Shown here: piece by piece, positions 16,134-25,256 of the stretch
How positions within the stretch are numbered: position 1 is the first letter of the stretch
How the letters are laid out: each line of letters begins with the position of its first letter
IMG/VR virus record: IMGVR_UViG_3300003323_001142
Location: 26,297 to 90,296 of that record
Source: a virus
Length of the DNA: 64,000 nucleotides
Strand: one strand, 5' to 3'
The notes under the pieces: generated by a model
Seen by the model: only the letters and a program-made list of their open reading frames with translations
Databases searched by the model: none
Told to the model about the DNA's origin: nothing
Position numbers and translations under genes: made by a program

Positions 16134-17029
16134 CCACGGCGCGCCAACTGACCCTGGACGAGCTGCTCGTCGAGCGCTCGGAGCCCGCGCAACGGCCATG
16201 GACTGCTACCGAGATCGCCTTCCTGCGTGACCACTATCTGGTCGATGGGGCCACACGGATTGCGCGCGATCTCGACCGGACCTTCTCGTCGGTTGCCAAT
16301 CGAGCTCGCAGGCTCGGCTTGCTGCGCAAGCGACGGTGGACGCGAGGCGACGATCTGAAACTCGAACTGCTTTGGGATACAACGACGCTCCGGGGCCTAT
16401 CCAAAAAGCTCGGTCGCACCCAGGCCACCATCTATGCGCGCGCACAGAAGCTCGGACTCGGCCTCGGATGCCCAAATGGGTTCGAATACCTGACAGCTGC
16501 CGCTGAGCGAACGGGGTTCGACACCGGGCAGTTGCGCGTCGTACTGCGAGCCGCTGGCGTGAAGGTGCGTGTGGCGATGGCCCGTCCGGGACCACGGCAA
16601 AGCAAACGAAAGTATCACTATGTGCCTCCGGAAGCTGTCGACGAAGCGGTGGCGCTCTGGAACCGGTCGGAAACGATCGAATCTGCGGCGCGTCGGCACG
16701 GAGTCTGTGGAGACAGTATCCGCCGCTGGCTGGACGAAGCGCGCGCTGCGGGGGCCTCGATTCCCGCCGAGCCTACGCAGCGGAAGGCGCGCTGGCGCTT
16801 GCCTTCGGATCTGATCGACCGCGTTGTTGCCGAGCACGTCCAGCTGATGAGCCTTCGCCAGCACGAGGCGAGGGTCAGAATCTCACGCGACACACTCGCG
16901 AGGTGGCTGGCGACAGCTGGTATCAAGCCGCGGTACCCGAAGCGCTGGAAGCTACCGGCGTCCGTTGTTGACACTGTGGTGGCCAACGAGTTGGCACGGA
17001 CTGGATGCAGAGCGAGGAGGCCGGCATGA
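16130..17029 (+). CDS. Multi-HTH protein (two Myb-like WT repeats plus three HTH)
   Basis: WTATEIAFLRDHY..LGL; WTRGDDLKL..LGRTQATIYARAQKLGL; further AAERTG, AARRHGV, SRDTLARWL helices. Confidence 0.75.
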   Translation: MTTARQLTLDELLVERSEPAQRPWTATEIAFLRDHYLVDGATRIARDLDRTFSSVANRARRLGLLRKRRWTRGDDLKLELLWDTTTLRGLSKKLGRTQATIYARAQKLGLGLGCPNGFEYLTAAAERTGFDTGQLRVVLRAAGVKVRVAMARPGPRQSKRKYHYVPPEAVDEAVALWNRSETIESAARRHGVCGDSIRRWLDEARAAGASIPAEPTQRKARWRLPSDLIDRVVAEHVQLMSLRQHEARVRISRDTLARWLATAGIKPRYPKRWKLPASVVDTVVANELARTGCRARRPA

Positions 17030-18513
17030 CGCTTCCCCCCGAGATCGCCGCCGTGCTCGAGAGTCGTGCGCGCTGGGGCGTAGCGCTCGGTGATTGTCTC
17101 GATCTCATGAAGCTACTGCCTAACGCGTCCGTCGACGCTGTGGTTGGGGATCCGCCATCGGGCATGGGCTTTATGGGCAAGGAATGGGATGACTTCCGAC
17201 GCTCACGCAACAAGGCCGATGCTGGTCGCGATAGCGTGTTCGGTCGAATGAGCTCGCGGGCTCCCGAATACGGCCGCGGCGATCGCGGTCGATTTGTCAC
17301 CTGGCTCGCCGAGCGGCTGGCCGAGTCTCAGCGTGTTCTGAAACCGGGAGGTTATGCGCTCGTGTGGGGTATTCCGAAGCTGAGCCACTGGACCGCGTGG
17401 GCGATCGAGGATGCTGGATTCGAGCTTCAGGACCGCATCACGCACATCTTCGGATCCGGCAGCGGTGCCGGCGCACTCGATGTTTCCAAAGCCATTGATA
17501 AGGAGCTCGGGACCACCGAGCACCGCGAGATCGTGGGCCGCTATCGCGTCAGCGGCAACGCACTGACACCGACATCGAAGAAAGGGGGCACCTATGGCGT
17601 CGGCGTTCCGAACGCGGAGCCCGGCGAGCTCACGCGCACTACTGGAGGGAGCCCGGAAGCCAAGAGCTTCGACGGCTGGAAGAGCCAGCTCAAGCCCGCG
17701 GTGGAGGACTGGTACATCGCGATGAAGCCACTCGACGGCACGTATGCCAACAATGCGCTGAAGCACGGGCTCGCCGGCATGAACATCGATGCATGCCGCG
17801 TCGGCAACGATTGGGAGCACGAACCCGGCCGGCCGGAGAGTTGGAGGCGGAGCGGAGTTTCGGCGAAGCCCGACGCGCCCAAGATCGCCGCTCCACCCGG
17901 ACAGGGGATGATCCTCCATCCGGACGGAAGATACCCGGCACACCTGGTTCTTTCGCATGACGATGATTGCGTACCAGACGGTCCGTGCGGCGCTGGATGT
18001 CCAGTGCGCGCGCTGGACGAGCAGAGCGGTCATCTGAAAAGTGGGCGCTTTCCAGACGGGGTCACCTACGCTCGAGGCAAATCGAACGTCTATGGGGAGA
18101 GCCGAACAGCTTCCGCCACGATTCACGGCGACGAAGGGGGCGCCTCCCGTTACTTCAACACCTTCTACCCGTTCCACTACGAAAAGAAGGCATCAAGAGC
18201 CGAGCGCGATGCCGGCTGCGAGCACATCCCACCGAAGCAAGACGACGGCCCGCACAATCATCATCCGACGGTCAAGAACCTGGACCTTATGGGCTGGCTG
18301 TGCCGTCTCATCACGAGGCCAGGTGGGCTCATTCTCGATCCGTTCCTCGGTTCCGGATCGACCGGATGCGCCGCGATGCGCGAAGGCTTTCGATTCATCG
18401 GCTTCGAAGGGGGCTGCGACGAAAGCGCCGAGTACATCGAGATCGCGCGTGCGCGCATTCAACACTGGCATGAGCAGACGGTGGGACCGCTCTTCACGAG
18501 GGTGGCCACATGA
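17026..18513 (+). CDS. Site-specific DNA methyltransferase, N6A/N4C beta class
   Basis: GDCLDLM..DPPSGMGFMGKEWD..HPTVK..LILDPFLGSGSTG..FIGFE. Confidence 0.92.
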   Translation: MTLPPEIAAVLESRARWGVALGDCLDLMKLLPNASVDAVVGDPPSGMGFMGKEWDDFRRSRNKADAGRDSVFGRMSSRAPEYGRGDRGRFVTWLAERLAESQRVLKPGGYALVWGIPKLSHWTAWAIEDAGFELQDRITHIFGSGSGAGALDVSKAIDKELGTTEHREIVGRYRVSGNALTPTSKKGGTYGVGVPNAEPGELTRTTGGSPEAKSFDGWKSQLKPAVEDWYIAMKPLDGTYANNALKHGLAGMNIDACRVGNDWEHEPGRPESWRRSGVSAKPDAPKIAAPPGQGMILHPDGRYPAHLVLSHDDDCVPDGPCGAGCPVRALDEQSGHLKSGRFPDGVTYARGKSNVYGESRTASATIHGDEGGASRYFNTFYPFHYEKKASRAERDAGCEHIPPKQDDGPHNHHPTVKNLDLMGWLCRLITRPGGLILDPFLGSGSTGCAAMREGFRFIGFEGGCDESAEYIEIARARIQHWHEQTVGPLFTRVAT

Positions 18514-19145
18514 CCGCGCAAGCATCACTTCCCGGTATCCAGCCCACCGAATGGGGCGGCGAGCTGGACTTCTACGAGACCCCATCGTTCGCCCTCGACG
18601 CTCTCCTCCCCTTCATTCCAGCGCGCTTCCGACAGCCGATGGCCTTCGACCTCATCGAACCATGCGCCGGTCGCGGAGCGATCGTGCGGTGGGCCGTCGA
18701 GACGCTTCGGCCGGCGCTCGTCAATGCTGTCGAGATTCACCATGGGCGCTTCGATGAGCTTTTCGCGCTGCGGGGCTCGTGCCCGAACGGGTCGGGATTC
18801 TTACACGCCGACTTTTTGAAGTTGCCAACCAATAGCTTTCGAGTGTGGCGGCCGCTCCTGGTGGTTACGAACTCTCCCTACTCCGAACCACGCGAGACGA
18901 TTGCGCGCGAGATTTGCGAGCACGCCCTCGAGGTCGTCGGCCCCAGCGGATGCGTCGCGATGCTGCTCCCGCTCGGGTTTGCCGAGGGGGTCGACCGCGC
19001 CGAGAGGATCCACGATCACTATCCGAGCTCGGTCTACGTGTTCCGCCGGCGGCCGCGATTCGGCGGTGACCAGGGGGGACAGCGGCCCTTCGCTTGGTTT
19101 TGCTGGGATCGGCTCGAGCCGAAGAACGAGTGGAGGAGCATTTGA
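18510..19145 (+). CDS. Small phage DNA adenine methyltransferase-like protein
   Basis: DFYETP..IEPCAGRGAI..VTNSPY..AMLL..RPRF..FAWFCW. Confidence 0.8.
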   Translation: MTAQASLPGIQPTEWGGELDFYETPSFALDALLPFIPARFRQPMAFDLIEPCAGRGAIVRWAVETLRPALVNAVEIHHGRFDELFALRGSCPNGSGFLHADFLKLPTNSFRVWRPLLVVTNSPYSEPRETIAREICEHALEVVGPSGCVAMLLPLGFAEGVDRAERIHDHYPSSVYVFRRRPRFGGDQGGQRPFAWFCWDRLEPKNEWRSI

Positions 19146-19501
19146 CCGCTCCCGTCTGTCCTACCTGCGGCCCCGACGCTTCGATCGACTGTGGCCCGCC
19201 TGACGCCACCGGCTCGTTCGATTGGCGGTGTGCTGGCTGCGATGTGGCGCGGCGGAGGATTGAGATCGAGGGGGTGGACTTCGATGCGCTGGAGCGGGCA
19301 CTCGCGGCCCCCGCGGTCGCGGTGGAGTCCAACCTCGAACCGGCCGCGGCCACAGTCGAGCGCGTTACGAAGCCATCCTGCCCCTGCTGCGGCAGCGCGG
19401 ACAAGGTGACCTCGGCATCCTGCTCGGTGCCCTCATGTCGGCATTGGAGCTGCGGTGCGTGCCGGTCGAGTTTCTATCCGCGAGAGGAGAGCGCGGCGTG
19501 A
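19142..19501 (+). CDS. Double Zn-ribbon protein
   Basis: CPTC/CAGC and CPCC/CGAC pairs. Confidence 0.6.
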   Translation: MTAPVCPTCGPDASIDCGPPDATGSFDWRCAGCDVARRRIEIEGVDFDALERALAAPAVAVESNLEPAAATVERVTKPSCPCCGSADKVTSASCSVPSCRHWSCGACRSSFYPREESAA

Positions 19502-19556
19502 GCGGCTGTTACCATATTGGTGTTGGACTATCTGGAATACTGGAGGGAATGGTGCT

Positions 19557-20231
19557 GTGACTATTGAAACAACAGACAAGACACGGGCATTGATCGACCG
19601 GTGGCTCCAGAATCAGTCCGACATGCTCCATCATCGGCTTTCTGTTTGTGGTTCACCGATTGAGCAGCTACTGATGATGGCAATGGTGACGATCCGGCCA
19701 CCGTTTGATCGACCCTGGCCAGAGTTCGTACCAGATTGGTTTCGAGGCGAATCGAACCAAACATTCTACGGGTGCGCATTCGTCAGCGTCTCTGATTGCG
19801 TCCCCGCTTACTGGGGCGATCGCATAGTAGGCGAAGGGATTTCGGGGCATATGCTCGTCGGTCTTGACGGGCACGAGTTCCAAGATACCGAATACCGAAT
19901 TGTTGTTGCTCAGCCGCAGCTCACTCTCTCTGGCAGGCGGATCCGGCCAGACTTTGTCGTGCTCGATCGTGGCGTAAAAGTCGTTGTTGAGTGTGACGGC
20001 CACGAGTTCCACGAACGAACAAAGGAGCAGGCCGAGAATGATAAGAGTAGAGACAGGCTGCTGTCTTCCCGTGGATGGAAGGTGCTCAGGTTTACGGGAT
20101 CGGAGATATATCGCGATCCGGTCGGATGCGTGAACGAGATCGAGGGAATAATCGAGGAGGCTCTATTGCCTGAGCGATTGCGTATTGCATCAAGAAATCG
20201 AGGCGTGGTCCCCGAAAAGGGGAGACAGTGA
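19557..20231 (+). CDS. DUF559/Vsr-like endonuclease domain protein
   Basis: RPDFVV..VVVECDGHEFH..DKSRDRLLSSRGWKVLRFTGSEIY. Confidence 0.88.
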   Translation: MTIETTDKTRALIDRWLQNQSDMLHHRLSVCGSPIEQLLMMAMVTIRPPFDRPWPEFVPDWFRGESNQTFYGCAFVSVSDCVPAYWGDRIVGEGISGHMLVGLDGHEFQDTEYRIVVAQPQLTLSGRRIRPDFVVLDRGVKVVVECDGHEFHERTKEQAENDKSRDRLLSSRGWKVLRFTGSEIYRDPVGCVNEIEGIIEEALLPERLRIASRNRGVVPEKGRQ

Positions 20232-21247
20232 TCGAGTCGCGAGTGAAGATGCCTTCGGTATTCGAAGACGCTGCGGTGCATCACCCCAAGGCCTCTAAAG
20301 CGGGCAACGAAGCTGCTGCGTTCTGGCATTGGGCCATTATGTGGTCGAACGCCAACGGCACGAACGGCTATTTGGACGAGGCAATACTATTCCGCATCCC
20401 CCCGGTTCCGATCCTTCCGAAGAAGGCGAAGCAACTCGCCGAGAGGTGTGTCGACGCGTCGATAAAGCCAGGGGGAGCGGGGCTCTTCGAGCGGGCCGAT
20501 GGCGGTGGCTACTGGATTCACGACTTCGACAAGTATTATGCACCGCCCCGCGAGCCGACAGCAGAGGAGCTGGAGCTCGAGGCGAAACGCCGCGCTGACA
20601 AGGCCGCCGCTGGTCGCCTCGGCGGCATGAAGTCTGGTGAGGTGCGGCGCGGTGGACGCGGGAAGCAGGGTGCTTCCAATTCGAAGCATAGTGCTTCTGA
20701 AAATGAAGCAGACTGCTTCCCGTACGAAGCAGAATCGAAGCAGCCTGCTTCTGCGAACGAAGCAGAGTGCTTGCCCGTTGCTTCCCCGGGTGCTTCCGGG
20801 TGCTTCGATGCGTCCGAAGGGGGGATACAGGGGGGTTCTCTGGGTTTATTTCAGGAAGAGCCAGGAGAAAGAGAGCAATTACGAGGAGAAGGGCGAGAGA
20901 AGATCTCTGGATCAAAGCAAGACCTACCGGTGACCGCGAGGCGCGCGCGCAAACGCCGGGCCGCGTTGCCCGACGGCTGGCGACCTACCGCCGGAAGCTT
21001 CGCCGCTGCGGCGAGGGACGCTGGCCTCACCGAGGCGCAGGCGCTCGGTCAGCTCGCCCAGTTCCGCGACTACCACCTGCGAGAGGGAAGCTTGATGGCG
21101 GACTGGGACGCCGCCTTCCGGACCTGGATTCGCAACACGCGAAGGTTCGGTCGTGGGGCGATCAATCCGCCCGCTCCCACCGGTGGCGGCTGGACCATCC
21201 AGCCCGACGAACCGCTCGACGAGGAGGACGCAGATGCTCATGGCTGA
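20228..21247 (+). CDS. Phage replication initiator (O-like) with C-terminal DnaT-like domain
   Basis: HHPK..FWHWAIMWS..GYWIHDFDKY N-terminus; LPDGWRP..FRDYH..DWDAAFRTWIRN C-terminus; internal iterons; followed by a loader ATPase. Confidence 0.8.
   Translation: MIESRVKMPSVFEDAAVHHPKASKAGNEAAAFWHWAIMWSNANGTNGYLDEAILFRIPPVPILPKKAKQLAERCVDASIKPGGAGLFERADGGGYWIHDFDKYYAPPREPTAEELELEAKRRADKAAAGRLGGMKSGEVRRGGRGKQGASNSKHSASENEADCFPYEAESKQPASANEAECLPVASPGASGCFDASEGGIQGGSLGLFQEEPGEREQLRGEGREKISGSKQDLPVTARRARKRRAALPDGWRPTAGSFAAAARDAGLTEAQALGQLAQFRDYHLREGSLMADWDAAFRTWIRNTRRFGRGAINPPAPTGGGWTIQPDEPLDEEDADAHG
20662..20805. repeat. Palindromic iteron array GAAGCA-N3-TGCTTC (putative replication origin)
   Basis: Full copies at 20662, 20683, 20705, 20737 and 20759 (last is TGCTTG); half-sites at 20726, 20779, 20790, 20800. 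Confidence 0.85.
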
Positions 21248-22010
21248 CCCGCTCGTGACCCGCAATCACCGGCGCGCCAAAGGGGCGCTTGAGCGCCTCG
21301 GTCAGCCCGGCCCCGGCGCGCCGCGAGTGTTCCTCTGCGCCGATTGCCGCGGGCCCGTCGGAGGACCCTACGCGCAATGCCGCGCATGCTTGGAGGCCGA
21401 GACCCGCGTGCATCGTCGCGAGCTCGTGCGCGGAGCACTGGAGAGCATCCCGTCGGTGTTCCGCGACCTGTGGCGCGGCGACGAAGCGGCGCTCACGGCC
21501 GGGCCCAGCCCTCGGGTGAAAGAGCCGAAGGCGGTTGCGGCCGCGCAGCGGGCCCTGGCGAAGCCGATCTCCGCCGTGGTGCTACGTGGGGGCCGCGGCC
21601 GCGGAAAGACCAGCTTGGCGGCCTTCCTACTGGGGCGTGCCATCATGCGCACCGTCGACCCGTCGGTTCGATTCGCGGAATGTCGCAGTGCGGCTGGCAT
21701 GCTGTTCGTGACCGCGGAGCAGATTGCCACTGCGCGGTCGGAACATCCGCTCGGCGCCGGGGAGCCCCCCTTATTCGTTCGGGCTCGCTACGCGGGCCTG
21801 CTGGTACTCGACGAGCTCAGCGACAAGCTACCGAGTGCCCGGCTCGCCGACGTGGAGCGGCTCATTCACGAACGCCACTCGGCAGACTGCAAAACGATCG
21901 TTACGACGCCGCTTACCGCAGCGCAGATCATTGCGCACTACGGCGAGACGGCCGGGCGTCGGCTCGGGGATGAGCGGACCGTGCAGGTCAACCTTGGAGG
22001 AGTCCCTTGA
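21234..22010 (+). CDS. DnaC/IstB-like AAA+ ATPase (helicase loader)
   Basis: Walker A GGRGRGKTS; Walker B LLVLDEL; LIHERH..TIVTT; CADC/CRAC Zn site. Confidence 0.85.
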   Translation: MLMADPLVTRNHRRAKGALERLGQPGPGAPRVFLCADCRGPVGGPYAQCRACLEAETRVHRRELVRGALESIPSVFRDLWRGDEAALTAGPSPRVKEPKAVAAAQRALAKPISAVVLRGGRGRGKTSLAAFLLGRAIMRTVDPSVRFAECRSAAGMLFVTAEQIATARSEHPLGAGEPPLFVRARYAGLLVLDELSDKLPSARLADVERLIHERHSADCKTIVTTPLTAAQIIAHYGETAGRRLGDERTVQVNLGGVP

Positions 22011-22351
22011 AACAGGAATCAAATTGCGATCGGATTCTGCGAAGACTTCGGGCTCGCGGTTTTGGCGAAGCGCTTACGGGAATTGCCACGGCATCCTTCG
22101 TTACGGCCGAAGAGATCGTCGGCAATTGTCGCGAAGCGCATATCGTCGAGGCACGCCACAAGGTCTGGTTCGTGATGCGGCGAGAGGGGCTGAGCTATCC
22201 AGCCATCGCTCGGCTAGTCGAGCGAGACCACACGACGATCATGTATGCATTGAAGAAAATAGAAGCACAGCACAGAGAGCTTCCGCCAGCAGGACCGCGC
22301 GAGCTGCGGCGCGCGAAACGGCTGCCGCCACCGAAAGCGAGTGCGGCGTGA
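22007..22351 (+). CDS. DnaA C-terminal (domain IV)-like HTH protein
   Basis: EEIVG..R..IVEARH..GLSYPAIARLVERDHTTIMYALKKI. Confidence 0.85.
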   Translation: MKQESNCDRILRRLRARGFGEALTGIATASFVTAEEIVGNCREAHIVEARHKVWFVMRREGLSYPAIARLVERDHTTIMYALKKIEAQHRELPPAGPRELRRAKRLPPPKASAA

Positions 22352-22743
22352 GCCCGCAGGTTCCCTCCCCCCACCACCCCACCTCCCAGTCCCTCGAATC
22401 CGCCCGGGCCGAGCTCGAGCGAGCCGTGCGCGAAGCGAAGCCCAAGTCCGTCACGTTCGAGTGTGACGCGGTCCTGTGTGGTCGAGGCCTAGGGCCAGGC
22501 ATGGGGGCAACCCCAACCTTGCTCGAAGTGTGGCTGGACACAGCTTTCGGCGAGTCCAGAATCGCCATCAACCCCGCACTCCGCGACGCCGTCTTCGATC
22601 TGCCCATGAAGGGCACCCAATACACCGTAACGATCATCATCACGCAGAAGGACCCGCCGGCCGACGACGCGGTGGCTGTTGCCTATCGGCGATATGAGGC
22701 GGCCCTGCGTGCGCTTCGGGTGGCGGTGGAGGTGAAGCCATGA
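22348..22743 (+). CDS. Hypothetical protein
   Basis: GTGA coupling at both ends. Confidence 0.55.
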   Translation: MSPQVPSPHHPTSQSLESARAELERAVREAKPKSVTFECDAVLCGRGLGPGMGATPTLLEVWLDTAFGESRIAINPALRDAVFDLPMKGTQYTVTIIITQKDPPADDAVAVAYRRYEAALRALRVAVEVKP

Positions 22744-23153
22744 CGCACCGCCTGTTCTTCGTCGTCCCCGGCCCGCCGGTCCCGCTTGCCCGTCCACGAG
22801 TCTGGCGAGACGGCAACGGTGAATCGCACGCGAAGACGCCGACGCGCTGTCAGCAGTACAAGCGCCACGTGGCCAGCTTCGCCTTACGCGCTCGGCAGAT
22901 CGAGAACACGGCCATGCACAAGGCCCTCTACGGCGAAGGCGTCAAGTGGCCGCTCGATGCGCGCTATAAGCTCGACGTTGCGATCTATCGGACAGCGCGA
23001 CGCGGCGACGCCGACAACTACCTGAAGTCGGTAGCGGATTCTTTGCAGCGCGTGCTCTACAACGATGACCGGCAAGTCGTCGACAAGCACGTGCGTGTGT
23101 TCGAGGACAGGGCGAGGCCGCGGGCTGAGATTACGATCGAGGTGGTGTCGTGA
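22740..23153 (+). CDS. rusA: RusA-family Holliday junction resolvase
   Basis: VPGPPVPLARPR..GDADNYLKSVADSL..NDDRQV. Confidence 0.92.
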   Translation: MTHRLFFVVPGPPVPLARPRVWRDGNGESHAKTPTRCQQYKRHVASFALRARQIENTAMHKALYGEGVKWPLDARYKLDVAIYRTARRGDADNYLKSVADSLQRVLYNDDRQVVDKHVRVFEDRARPRAEITIEVVS

Positions 23154-23187
23154 AAAGGGAACAGGCTATGGCGAGAAGGAGGACGGG

Positions 23188-23496
23188 ATGAGCGAAGACA
23201 TGAACGAGATCGAGCAAGCGGCGGTTCGCGCAATGCGCGGAAGTGGCGGCGATCGGGCAGCCCTCTGGCTGGTATCGATCTTCACCATCATCGCCGCCCC
23301 CCCGTTCTTCGCGGCGCTCGGCGGAGCGCTCATCGGAGCAATGTTCAGCCCACTCGTGGCCTTCGTCGCGTGGATTGCCGGCGCCTCGGACGTGCGAGGA
23401 AGCACGCTGTCGTGGTCGGTTGGCATCGCTGTGGCGTGGGCGCTCGTGCTGCTGATCAAGTCGTATGTGAAGATGGCGGGAGCGTGGCGAAAGTGA
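23188..23496 (+). CDS. Membrane protein
   Basis: AAGGAGG SD; two to three hydrophobic segments. Confidence 0.65.
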   Translation: MSEDMNEIEQAAVRAMRGSGGDRAALWLVSIFTIIAAPPFFAALGGALIGAMFSPLVAFVAWIAGASDVRGSTLSWSVGIAVAWALVLLIKSYVKMAGAWRK

Positions 23497-23765
23497 CCCA
23501 ACTCGACATCGACCGCATCCGCCTCTACGGCCCCCGCAACTTCGAAGAGGCCGAGGCGGCGCAGGCCGCGTTCTGCTCGATGGTGCAGCGGCTGCTCACC
23601 GCAACCAGCCCAGACGAGGATGCGATTGACGTGACCGATCGCGAGCGCGAGGCGATGGGCTTCACCTTCCGCGGCTTCCCGTGGGTCACTCGACTCGACG
23701 GCGAATGGAACTACGAGGTCGAAGAGGCAGCAGGGCGATGGCGAATTGGCTCGCGTACGAAGTGA
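23493..23765 (+). CDS. Hypothetical protein
   Basis: GTGA coupling; C-terminus GFTFRGFPWV..GEWNYE may be metallophosphoesterase-derived. Confidence 0.55.
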   Translation: MTQLDIDRIRLYGPRNFEEAEAAQAAFCSMVQRLLTATSPDEDAIDVTDREREAMGFTFRGFPWVTRLDGEWNYEVEEAAGRWRIGSRTK

Positions 23766-23887
23766 TCACGAAGCCGAAGGCGTACGTGCACGGGCACATC
23801 CACGACAGCTTCGGCGTGCGGAGCGAGATGGGGATCCTGGTATCGAATGCGGCGACGACGATGAATCTGGTCGAGGTGTCCAAGTGA
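23738..23887 (+). pseudogene. C-terminal remnant of a metallophosphoesterase
   Basis: KPKAYVHGHIHDSFG..VSNAA matches the MPE GHxH motif; N-terminal metal-binding motifs absent. Confidence 0.55.
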
Positions 23888-24165
23888 GCGCTCGGGCCGC
23901 CCTCCTCCCCCCTCCCGAAGTGCACTTCTTCCTGGTCGGCATCCCTCTCGGCCAAGCCTCGAACCGGATGGATCGATACGTCCGCGCCGGCGCCAGCCCC
24001 GACGAGCCCGACCCGTGGGTCCGCGTACCCGGTCAGCCGGGCCGGAGCCGGGCTGTGAGGCGTTTTCAGACCCGGGGGGAGGGGGAGGCATGGGCGGAGG
24101 CGAGACGGAGGCTCAAAGGGACGCGGTGTCGGGTGGTGGCTTGTCGTGGGCCGGAGGTCACATGA
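23884..24165 (+). CDS. Hypothetical protein
   Basis: Coupled at both ends (GTGA, ATGA). Confidence 0.5.
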   Translation: MSARAALLPPPEVHFFLVGIPLGQASNRMDRYVRAGASPDEPDPWVRVPGQPGRSRAVRRFQTRGEGEAWAEARRRLKGTRCRVVACRGPEVT

Positions 24166-25256
24166 TCACTTTCATCGGACTGCTGTCTGTGCCCGTGCTG
24201 GTTGCCGTCGGAGCCTTCGTCTTGCTCGATGGCATCAGCTGGAAGGAATTCCTCCTGCAGCTCGGAGCAGCCTGCATCGTCGCTGGCACGTGCTCGGCCA
24301 TCGCGTCCTGCGCGAACACTTCAGATGTTGAGATCTGGAACGGTCGCGTGACGAGCAAGTCGAGTGAGCACGTAAGCTGCTCGCATTCGTACCAATGCAA
24401 CTGCCGTGAGAGGTGCTCGGGGTCAGGCAAAGATCGGTCTTGCTCGACCGTGTGCGATACGTGCTACGAGCATGCTTACGATGTCGATTGGACGGTCCGG
24501 CTCAGTACCGGTGACAGCATCGACATCGACCGGGTGGACAGCCAGGGCATCCTGGAGCCGCCACGGCATGCGGCTGCGAAGGTAGGTGAGCCCGCGGCCG
24601 CAGCGCATCACTATGCGAACTACGTCAAAGCGTCACCCGACTCGCTGTTTCGGCATCAGGGCATCGCCGAGCGCTATGCGGCCAAGATCCCGCCGTACCC
24701 CGGAAAGGTGTTCGACTATTACCGGGTGAACCGAGTGGTGACGGTCGGGTACGAGCTGTCCGATAAGGCAGCGTGGGAACGTGACCTGTCGGAGCTGAAC
24801 GCTGACCTTGGCAGCAAGAAGCAGGTCAACGTTGCTCTGGTCGTCACGGCTGGGTTGCCGACGGAATTCTTCTACGGCCTTGAGCAGGCGTGGGTCGGCG
24901 GCAAGAAGAACGACCTGATTGTCGTCATCGGCAGCAAGGACGCAGGGACCATCGACTGGGTCGACGTGATGGCCTGGGCCACGGATCCGATTGTGAAGGT
25001 CAGGCTGCGCGATGACCTACTTTCGGTGGGAGTGCTGGAACGGGAGAAGGTGGTGGCCGCTATCCGCGACGACGTGGCTCGCTATTACCAGCGAAAGCCA
25101 ATGGCGGATTTTAAGTATCTGACGGCCAGCATCACGCCGACGACGACGGAATGGATCGTGTCGATGTTGATTGAACTCGTGATCGCGGTGGGACTTGTTT
25201 GGGTATGCAAGACGAACGACGTGTTCGGAGATGAAGGAGGACGACGATGTCGATGA
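24162..25256 (+). CDS. Conserved phage membrane protein with Cys-rich segment and TPM-like domain
   Basis: Two N-terminal TMs, CSHSYQCNC..C..C..CDTCYEH, AWVGGKKNDLIVVIG, C-terminal TM. Confidence 0.8.
   Translation: MITFIGLLSVPVLVAVGAFVLLDGISWKEFLLQLGAACIVAGTCSAIASCANTSDVEIWNGRVTSKSSEHVSCSHSYQCNCRERCSGSGKDRSCSTVCDTCYEHAYDVDWTVRLSTGDSIDIDRVDSQGILEPPRHAAAKVGEPAAAAHHYANYVKASPDSLFRHQGIAERYAAKIPPYPGKVFDYYRVNRVVTVGYELSDKAAWERDLSELNADLGSKKQVNVALVVTAGLPTEFFYGLEQAWVGGKKNDLIVVIGSKDAGTIDWVDVMAWATDPIVKVRLRDDLLSVGVLEREKVVAAIRDDVARYYQRKPMADFKYLTASITPTTTEWIVSMLIELVIAVGLVWVCKTNDVFGDEGGRRCR

Noticed and set aside
20662-20805. CRISPR or mini-array interpretation of the GAAGCA repeats
   Set aside because: Repeats are 15 bp with 6-7 bp gaps inside a coding gene and no cas genes are present; iterons fit better
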